In this document: positions 46,851 to 53,296 of the stretch, one piece after another
Layout: every line of letters begins with the position of its first letter
How positions within the stretch are numbered: position 1 is the first letter of the stretch
Origin: a virus
Taxonomy: Duplodnaviria; Caudoviricetes
DNA: 53,296 bases
Virus record (IMG/VR): IMGVR_UViG_3300025769_000158
Span: 1 to 53,296 of that record
Reading direction: 5' to 3' (one strand)
Translations under genes and position numbers: made by a program
Notes under the pieces: model-generated
Databases searched by the model: none
What the model was told of the DNA's origin: nothing
The model's input: only the letters and a program-made list of their open reading frames with translations

Positions 46851-47243
46851 CTACTTACGATATTTAGCGGTCTTCTTTGCAATCGACTTGGGTTGCTTTA
46901 CAAATTGTTTTCCCGATTTGTTTCCTTTAGACTTCGCGGCATTTGTAGCGCGCTTTTCACTTGCTGTAAGATTTTTCCATGCTTTAGCCGGTAGGTATCT
47001 CTTCTTACCTTCACTTGGTTTACCATCACTTGTCGTCCATTTTTGTTTGGTCCATTTAGCAAGACTATTGCTTTTAGATTTTTTCCCTTTGTAGGTACCA
47101 CCAGCCTTTTTATATGCTGCAACTGCTAGTTGTGCCTTACGAGCAGACCACTGTCCTGGACGACCTCCCTTGCTTCCGGATTTAATACGAGCAACGATTC
47201 TTTTCCAAAGGGCAGGATTCTTTTTCTTTGATGTTGTAGACAT
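46851..47243 (-). CDS. highly basic DUF5872-like protein
   Basis: GQWSARKAQL...YKKAGG.Y...SL.KWTKQKW...RYLP. Confidence 0.7.
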   Translation of the reverse strand: MSTTSKKKNPALWKRIVARIKSGSKGGRPGQWSARKAQLAVAAYKKAGGTYKGKKSKSNSLAKWTKQKWTTSDGKPSEGKKRYLPAKAWKNLTASEKRATNAAKSKGNKSGKQFVKQPKSIAKKTAKYRK

Positions 47244-47260
47244 GAGACAAAGATAAAAAA

Positions 47261-47290
47261 TAAAACCGCCCCTATTGGAGCGGTCTCTTT
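47261..47290 (-). terminator. probable terminator hairpin
   Basis: accgcccc-tatt-ggagcggt with an A-run on plus. Confidence 0.55.
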
Positions 47291-47460
47291 TACTTGTGTG
47301 TTGTAATTGTCTTGAAAGGCATTTCTAGTGCTGCTCCTTCGTGAGGTTTAAATTTACCCTCATGAGGCATAAGGTAATATCGACCTTTCTGATTCATCCA
47401 ATGGTAGCCACTTGGGGCCTTTACCATTATTTCGTTTTTGTTTTTTCTTTTTACTTTCAT
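47290..47460 (-). CDS. hypothetical protein
   Basis: MKVK...APSGYHWM...LMPHEGKFKPH. Confidence 0.6.
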   Translation of the reverse strand: MKVKRKNKNEIMVKAPSGYHWMNQKGRYYLMPHEGKFKPHEGAALEMPFKTITTHK

Positions 47461-47511
47461 GACACTTACAATTACCACAAGGGCATTCTACCGGTTCTAT
47501 TTCACACCACA

Positions 47512-47619
47512 TCATGAGCCACACGCTTCACAATCTTCAGGGTTAGAAATGTTACATGTGGGTTGATCTGCCGTTTCGAGTTCACTTACCCAAGAAGAAA
47601 AAGAATCTTGTCCTTGCAT
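47512..47619 (-). CDS. 35-aa peptide ending in an RNR-like redox tail (TCNISNPEDCEACGS)
   Basis: MQGQDSFSSWVSELETADQPTCNISNPEDCEACGS, read manually; below the ORF-track cutoff. Confidence 0.65.
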   Translation of the reverse strand: MQGQDSFSSWVSELETADQPTCNISNPEDCEACGS

Positions 47620-47659
47620 TACAAAGATAGTTTAAAAGGTTAAAAAAATGTTGAGGTAA

Positions 47660-47842
47660 CTACTTGCCTTTCACAGCGTCTACAACGTCCTTGACTTCCT
47701 TTACAGTCTTCTTGTAGCGAGACTGTGCTTCTCTCAAGGCCGCTATAATTTTTTCATCAGCTTCGGTGTAGCCAAACCAATAAGCCCAAAATCTTTTGTG
47801 TGTCTCCTTAATCCAGAGCCAAAGTACTTTCAAGTGTTTCAT
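47660..47842 (-). CDS. hypothetical protein
   Basis: 60 aa, Trp-rich amphipathic N-terminus. Confidence 0.6.
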   Translation of the reverse strand: MKHLKVLWLWIKETHKRFWAYWFGYTEADEKIIAALREAQSRYKKTVKEVKDVVDAVKGK

Positions 47843-47843
47843 C

Positions 47844-48170
47844 TTACTTTTCTTTCATGAAGTTTAGGATGCTGTCCTTACGCTTTTCCTTTAAAGCCTG
47901 TTCATTATCTCGGAACAACACAAATGCAAATATAAGCAATGCTATGATAATAGCGAAGAAGGAGGGCACCATCCAATATTGCAAATTATGAGACAATCCG
48001 TCAAAGTCTTGTGTTTTAGCAATATCGTAATCCGCATCCTTATGTACCCATACAGACTCCCAACCCTCCTCGGTACTATAATGATAGTCAACTACTACAC
48101 TGTCTCTATACACAGCATAGTGAGCTTTGACGCTATCGTAGTTCCAATCAGCTTGTTTTTTCTGTGGCAT
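47844..48170 (-). CDS. single-TM membrane protein
   Basis: TM segment WMVPSFFAIIIALLIFAFVLF. Confidence 0.55.
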   Translation of the reverse strand: MPQKKQADWNYDSVKAHYAVYRDSVVVDYHYSTEEGWESVWVHKDADYDIAKTQDFDGLSHNLQYWMVPSFFAIIIALLIFAFVLFRDNEQALKEKRKDSILNFMKEK

Positions 48171-48717
48171 ACTTCACACCCATTATTGTACCTATAATAC
48201 TAAAACTGTTCGTTAGTAAGATACCAAAAAGATTGCTCCAGGCATTACCTAGTATTGTGGTGTCCTTGTCGGCAAGGATTGCTGTGGTATACATCAAAGT
48301 TGTAGTGACGCCAACTCCTATAATTATGATCAGGGCAACCCTTACGATTAAACCTATAAGTTCAAACTGCGTTCTTTTTTGTAGAAGGTCGAGGTCTTCA
48401 ACGGCTTCATCACGAAGTTTCTCTGCTTCCGCTTTAGCATTCTTCGTTTCTTCCAAAGAGTTTTGCAACTCAATAACAAGAGCCTCCTTAATTACAGAGG
48501 CCTCCTCTAGTTCTTTGTTTTGCTTTTGAACTTGCTTGGTAACATCAAGACGTCTACGCCGGGCTTTAGCATCACGGTCCTTGCATTCCTCTAGGTATTC
48601 CTTGACATCGGTAGGTAAAGACTTCGATAATATCTTTACAAAGTTTCCTTCTATGTAAACCTTTTTAGATTTTGCTTTACGCAAAGCCTCCTCTACCGTG
48701 TCCTTACCATTTATCAT
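48148..48717 (-). CDS. coiled-coil protein with two C-terminal TM helices; putative output partner of the two-component system
   Basis: Long heptad region, then LIGLIVRVALIIIIGVGV and LFGILLTNSFSIIGTIMGV; ATGA overlap with the receiver gene. Confidence 0.7.
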   Translation of the reverse strand: MINGKDTVEEALRKAKSKKVYIEGNFVKILSKSLPTDVKEYLEECKDRDAKARRRRLDVTKQVQKQNKELEEASVIKEALVIELQNSLEETKNAKAEAEKLRDEAVEDLDLLQKRTQFELIGLIVRVALIIIIGVGVTTTLMYTTAILADKDTTILGNAWSNLFGILLTNSFSIIGTIMGVKYATEKTS

Positions 48718-49151
48718 TTGTATACCTTAAACGGGGCAGTTTTGTTTTTATAGCCCTCATAGTCTTTTAAGAATTCTTCTAGTCGAGGTTCGATCTCGTC
48801 ACTCTTAATAATCCAAAATTGAGCGCCCACATCTTTAGCCTTGTCTATTTCTTGGTTGTCGTCCGAGGAAGATATGATTCCGATAACCACGCCATTACCG
48901 TAGTCGGTATTAATCTTACGGATCAGTTCAATCCCATCAAAGCTAGACCCTATAATGTTAAGGTCTACAAAAACACATTTAGGTCTTTCTTCTATCGGAC
49001 CATCTTCAAACCACTTCTTAAATAAACGATCAGCCTCATCAGAAGAGTTTAATGCTTCTAATGACAATGTCATGTCAAGAAGGCTGCATGCATCTTCAAA
49101 TACGAGGTGGAAGAGGTCTTCGTCGTCTACGAGTAGTATAGAGTCTATCAT
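48714..49151 (-). CDS. single-domain (CheY-like) response regulator receiver
   Basis: ILLVDDE acidic pocket, FVDLN phospho-Asp, DGIEL, IISSS, conserved Lys in IIKS; no output domain. Confidence 0.92.
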   Translation of the reverse strand: MIDSILLVDDEDLFHLVFEDACSLLDMTLSLEALNSSDEADRLFKKWFEDGPIEERPKCVFVDLNIIGSSFDGIELIRKINTDYGNGVVIGIISSSDDNQEIDKAKDVGAQFWIIKSDEIEPRLEEFLKDYEGYKNKTAPFKVYK

Positions 49152-50380
49152 TTTAATTCTATCGTTATTTTAGTTCCTTGTTCTATTTTACGAGCGGAGA
49201 TTTCAAATCCGTGTTCTTTAATTATGGCAACACATATGTTTAGTCCTAACCCGGTGCCTTTCTCTTCTTGCTTGCCCCTTGTGTAGGGTTGAGAGTATTC
49301 TTCAAAATCTTCTTGGCTCATGCCGCGACCATTGTCTTCAATGACAATAGACTGCTCATCCCCCATATAGATGGAAACCTTTTTTGTATGACTGTCGTTA
49401 TACTTAAGGCCATTACGGATCAGGTTGTCAACGGCAGTACAGAACAACGCTTCGTTTATTTCATAATCTATTAAATCCTTTATCTCTACCTGGCTTATAT
49501 AAGATGTAGATGAAAGATAGTTAATCAATACTTCTTTTAGGTTGAGGACCTCTTTTTCTAATTGAGTGTCTTTCTTTACCAGGTTGGTAAACTCCTTAAC
49601 CCCTTTATATACTTTTTGAGTATGTATAAGCCCCTCTTGAATCATCTTTAAAGGAGGACCTATCTTTAGTTTTTTTATGTCTTCTTCTTTTAGCCTACGC
49701 TTTAAAGAACTCAATCCCCTAGGTATGTATGTGTTGATGCCACTGTGCATGTCGTGACGAAGTATCTTTGCGGCATGCTCTAGATATCCATTCTTCTTAT
49801 GGATTTCCATCTCAATGATCTTCTTATCGGTAATGTCAGAGGCAATCTTAAGTATCCGGTATACTTCCCCATATGGATTCTTGATAGGGTTGTAGTTCCC
49901 ATATATCCAAAACTCGGTATAGTTCTTCCCCATCCTTTTGAACTCCCCTGATCTAGCATAACCCTTTTTTAGTTTTAACCAAAAGTCCTTGTAGTAAGCC
50001 TCGTTTAAATCAAGAGGGGTAAGCATCTTGTGATTCTTTCCTATGAGTTCATTCATAGTATATCCCGACATCTCACAGAACTTATCGTTACACGATATGA
50101 TTTTTCCATCAAGATCAAACTCTACAAGAGCATTGGACATATTTATTGCAGAGAGGGTATCGTCAATAGATTGAAACTTATAGCGGACCTTACGAACAAA
50201 CTCTACAAGCACAAAAAAAAAGAAGGGCATAAAGGAGATTACACTAACCCATCCAAACACAGCACTGTCGTAAGTAACCTCGGAATATCCGATAACTAGA
50301 GCAGTTTGGTATGCGAAGAAAACAAGCATGATTCCTATCGCAAGAACTATAGATATCCTAGAGGCTATTGATAGTTTCAT
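49148..50380 (-). CDS. membrane-bound PAS/PAC sensor histidine kinase
   Basis: Two N-terminal TMs; PAS (NDKFCEMSGY...ELIGKNH) + PAC (DIT); H-box LRHDMHS; N-box NLIRNGLKYN; G1 EDNGRGM; G2 GTGLGL. ATG at 50380. Confidence 0.93.
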   Translation of the reverse strand: MKLSIASRISIVLAIGIMLVFFAYQTALVIGYSEVTYDSAVFGWVSVISFMPFFFFVLVEFVRKVRYKFQSIDDTLSAINMSNALVEFDLDGKIISCNDKFCEMSGYTMNELIGKNHKMLTPLDLNEAYYKDFWLKLKKGYARSGEFKRMGKNYTEFWIYGNYNPIKNPYGEVYRILKIASDITDKKIIEMEIHKKNGYLEHAAKILRHDMHSGINTYIPRGLSSLKRRLKEEDIKKLKIGPPLKMIQEGLIHTQKVYKGVKEFTNLVKKDTQLEKEVLNLKEVLINYLSSTSYISQVEIKDLIDYEINEALFCTAVDNLIRNGLKYNDSHTKKVSIYMGDEQSIVIEDNGRGMSQEDFEEYSQPYTRGKQEEKGTGLGLNICVAIIKEHGFEISARKIEQGTKITIELK

Positions 50381-50535
50381 TTTTCCTTTTTCTTGCCCAA
50401 CAGGTACCACCTTTGTATGGTGTAACCTATTGAAACTATTAGTAGAAATATCTTTAAGTAAAGTTCTACTTGAGACATAGACACACTAAATGTGACTGCG
50501 TTTAGAGCATATACTTTCAAATCTTCGTGCGTCAT
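50377..50535 (-). CDS. small holin-like membrane protein (52 aa), not in the ORF track
   Basis: MTHEDLKVYALNAVTFSVSMSQVELYLKIFLLIVSIGYTIQRWYLLGKKKEK; ATGA overlaps with both neighbours. Confidence 0.7.
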   Translation of the reverse strand: MTHEDLKVYALNAVTFSVSMSQVELYLKIFLLIVSIGYTIQRWYLLGKKKEK

Positions 50536-51413
50536 TTTTTCAACTTGTTATAGGCTTCCATATCTCTTTCAAAAGAAGACTTACGCTTTTGGGCGTCTTT
50601 CTCCGAGCCTGCCCAATGATATTTTAGCCAATAGTCCGTAAGAGACATTTCATCGTTTAGATACTTCCCTAGATCAGCGGATGGATGCGCTAGTTGATTC
50701 ATAAGGAAGAGGTACTTTTGTTTTTCTAGGTCTACTTGACTAGCGTCAAAAGACTTTTCAGGATAGTATTGTTTAACCCACTCCGGGGTTTTGTATTCAG
50801 CAAGTTCCGGGAAGGCTGTTTCTTTTCCTTCGGTGATGTTGTAAGCCCTATTGATTGCTATGATACCACCGCCCCCTGGTTGAGATTCAAATTGGAAGGC
50901 ACCTCTACCGGGTCCTCCTCCCATTTGTTTTTTGGCGGGGTCACTCTTGCTTTCGTGATACATGATTTTATTCATCATGTCTTCAAGCTTTTCTACTGAT
51001 CCCCCCTTCTTTGAAACGATGTACTCGAGCAGTTCTTGGTAGGTCAACTCTTCTCCCGGAGGAGGAACCGATCCGCCATCCTCATACTTCTTTACCTTTT
51101 GAGATTTAGGTGGAGATTTTTTACTTCCTCCTTTTCCTGCCCAAAAGAATTTATCAGCCCAGTATGCGGCAGACATTTTTCCTTTTTTAATATTCTTTCC
51201 GTGGCGAGCTTTAAATGATTTGCGAGCGGCATCCGAATAATTATGCCCCATCTTCTGATCGCCAAATCGGATGATACGAACCTTATTGCCCTCCTTTGCT
51301 AGAACCATCCCTTTCTTTGTTGGGTGGTTAGGCGTTCGCTTGGGTTTGTTAACCCCTTTAAGACCGTGCTTTTTGAGCAGTCGCTTGATTCTATCTCTCA
51401 ACTTACTATCCAT
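50532..51413 (-). CDS. basic N-terminal domain fused to a lysozyme/transglycosylase-like domain
   Basis: N-terminal KPKRTPNHPTKK...IIRFGDQ...SAAYWA; linker YEDGG; C-terminal HES...Q.GGGPGRGAFQFE. Confidence 0.6.
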   Translation of the reverse strand: MDSKLRDRIKRLLKKHGLKGVNKPKRTPNHPTKKGMVLAKEGNKVRIIRFGDQKMGHNYSDAARKSFKARHGKNIKKGKMSAAYWADKFFWAGKGGSKKSPPKSQKVKKYEDGGSVPPPGEELTYQELLEYIVSKKGGSVEKLEDMMNKIMYHESKSDPAKKQMGGGPGRGAFQFESQPGGGGIIAINRAYNITEGKETAFPELAEYKTPEWVKQYYPEKSFDASQVDLEKQKYLFLMNQLAHPSADLGKYLNDEMSLTDYWLKYHWAGSEKDAQKRKSSFERDMEAYNKLKK

Positions 51414-51417
51414 TGCA

Positions 51418-51455
51418 CAAATATAAAAAGAAAGGGGTCACGTTTTGTGACCCCT
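51418..51455 (-). terminator. intrinsic terminator followed by a TATATTTG promoter
   Basis: aggggtcac-gtttt-gtgacccct (51433-51455); caaatata at 51418-51425. Confidence 0.8.
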
Positions 51456-51552
51456 ATTCTAACCAACTAAATCCTCATTGTCATGAGAATGCCTAAATCT
51501 TTTGTATAGATCAAATGTATAAAAATAATTTCTGATCTACAAGCTCGTGATG

Positions 51553-51771
51553 TTACATTATCTCCTCGGGGAACCAATCCGCCCCAAGCGTTTCTAATTC
51601 TGTTAACTCTGCAATGTAGTCATCGTGCTTTAACATTGCGAAGTCTACCCCGTTAGGGTGTTCTATAACTTGTGCCCAATCGGTTGTATATACTCCGTCA
51701 TAGTTCTCACCCCAAAACACCTTCTTGTTGTAGGCTTCTAAATCCGCTTTGTTTGTGCTTGTGTAGTACAT
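51553..51771 (-). CDS. small protein paralogous to 20..238
   Basis: Same motifs and the same TAATG coupling to its RBP gene. Confidence 0.7.
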   Translation of the reverse strand: MYYTSTNKADLEAYNKKVFWGENYDGVYTTDWAQVIEHPNGVDFAMLKHDDYIAELTELETLGADWFPEEIM

Positions 51772-53296
51772 TAGTAGATAGAGTAAAAGTCATTGATGTT
51801 TGTTTCTATGCCCGTGCGGTTGGTATTTTGGTCGCTTCCGTACATTACAATTTCTTGAATTGTTCCATCAAAACAATAGTTAGTAAAACTTTGGTAGATG
51901 CCGATGTAAAAATTAGCATTAGTATTTGCCATTCCCGTTATAGTGCTTCCAATAGTGTCTCCTAATGTAGATGCTACTCCATTTTTGAACATTGAAAAAC
52001 CATTAACATTCTCGCTTCCATCATAAAATGCAGACATTAACAAATAGTCTAACTGTCCCGTATCTTTATTGTCTTTAGATATTTGATTATTACCTCCGTT
52101 TTCTTTTACAAAGAATCTTAAATCAGTATCAAAATATCCTAAAGCATATTCACGATTTGGTGCACCATCATCTTTTGCAAGCAACATAGAATTTGTTCGG
52201 TTATTGTGATACGCAGTAAATATGTTCAATGGAGTGTCGTTGCCCGCACCATCAGTAAAAGATAAAGAATCAGAATCTGGTGCGACCAATCTATGTGAAC
52301 TACCATTAAAAGACAATACCGGTTTAATTCCTTCTAAAATAGTAGAACCACTTGAAACAATCTGTGGTTGGTTTGCCGCAGTCGTTTGCGTAGCATCATT
52401 TCCATTCCCGCTTTGGTCGTACCAAGTATGGACAAATCCATCCGTACCGCTACAAAAAGATTCAAGTGTTGTAGTATCTAATTCCCCATTAGCAAGGAAT
52501 CCAATATCTTGCAATGCTTGGTCACTATCTCTGCGCACTTTGATAGCACTACCATTATAAGAGCCTCTTAACTTACGTAATGAATAAGCCGCTGCTGCAT
52601 TTGGATAGTCGTCTAACAATCCAATAAATGCTGCTGGCTGAATCTGCCCCGTACTTACACTATTAGCAGTCGCAGTACCTAAAATGTTTTCTTCGGTCTG
52701 CTGAACACGGATGTACTTGTCCTCATCTAATGAGCCAAGTAAATAAGTTGTGCCCGTTGCTCCCGCAATATCAGCCCAGCCCGTAGTGCCGTTATCGCTT
52801 CGTTGCCATTGCAGTACTTGCGTTGGCGTAGGTTCTCCCGATACATTGCCAGCGGTTGCCGTGAGGGTTTCCCCAACATTTAGCGTCCCCGAAATAGTCG
52901 GTAGTGTTGTGATAACAGGCTTGAAGGAATCTGGTGGGATAGCGGCTAATGTACCCGTGTTGCCCACTACAATTCTGTAAGCTGTATTGTTCTCTGAACG
53001 TAAGATGATACCCTTGCTAGGGTCCTTCACCTCAATGTCTCCCTCGGTGTTTATTCTAAACCTTTCTATAGGCGCACCCGTACCATCATTCAAGTAGAAC
53101 ACTAGGTCCGCTTTGGTTGAGCCAAGCGTCCCTGTGTACTCTGGGCGGATATCCACCATATTGATAAGATACTCACCACTAACGATAAGCTCCAACTCAC
53201 TAGCCACACATTCCTCGCTACCCTCAATTGTACCACCGTCAGCTGTTACCCTCTCGCTGAAGTCAGCAAAGATTGCACGTGCTAGGTCTAGGGCTA
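51771..53296 (-). CDS. second receptor-binding/tail-fibre protein (Ig-like + ConA/LamG-like); frame open to the window end, about 513 aa if joined to 16..1
   Basis: PTISG...G.TLT...QWQRS...IAGATG.TY Ig-like repeat; AAAAYSLRKL...WYDQSGNG; same C-terminus as 238..1212. Confidence 0.75.
   Translation of the reverse strand, partial: ALDLARAIFADFSERVTADGGTIEGSEECVASELELIVSGEYLINMVDIRPEYTGTLGSTKADLVFYLNDGTGAPIERFRINTEGDIEVKDPSKGIILRSENNTAYRIVVGNTGTLAAIPPDSFKPVITTLPTISGTLNVGETLTATAGNVSGEPTPTQVLQWQRSDNGTTGWADIAGATGTTYLLGSLDEDKYIRVQQTEENILGTATANSVSTGQIQPAAFIGLLDDYPNAAAAYSLRKLRGSYNGSAIKVRRDSDQALQDIGFLANGELDTTTLESFCSGTDGFVHTWYDQSGNGNDATQTTAANQPQIVSSGSTILEGIKPVLSFNGSSHRLVAPDSDSLSFTDGAGNDTPLNIFTAYHNNRTNSMLLAKDDGAPNREYALGYFDTDLRFFVKENGGNNQISKDNKDTGQLDYLLMSAFYDGSENVNGFSMFKNGVASTLGDTIGSTITGMANTNANFYIGIYQSFTNYCFDGTIQEIVMYGSDQNTNRTGIETNINDFYSIY

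Noticed and set aside
48714-50380. Two-component genes as host contamination or a prophage boundary
   Set aside because: They are joined by 4-nt overlaps to phage-type genes on both sides, and no other host-like genes flank them.

Overview
This window looks like a complete, circularly permuted 53,296-bp genome of a tailed podovirus-type phage with a crAss-related morphogenesis module. The last base joins base 1 in frame to restore one intact tail-fibre gene. Many TAnnTTTG promoters point to a Bacteroidota (probably Flavobacteriia) host. The minus strand carries portal, TerL, putative TerS, a GroES-like protein, scaffold, major capsid, ring and muzzle tail proteins, ejection proteins (including a 3,289-aa polyvalent protein), lysis genes and two paralogous receptor-binding cassettes. 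The plus strand (about 9.6-23.3 kb) carries early, recombination, replication and DNA-modification genes. I recognised no DNA polymerase, RNA polymerase, integrase, tRNA or CRISPR array. The most unusual features are: (1) a translationally coupled two-component system (PAS histidine kinase, stand-alone receiver, coiled-coil membrane protein) co-transcribed with a muramidase-like and a holin-like gene; (2) rRNA-leader-like hairpin + boxA elements ahead of two early units; (3) a C5 methyltransferase with a nested +1-frame ORF resembling an M.EcoHK31I-type beta subunit; (4) a free-standing 35-aa peptide resembling the redox C-terminal tail of ribonucleotide reductase; (5) apparently leaderless late transcripts. 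All product calls come from reading motifs by eye, not from database searches.
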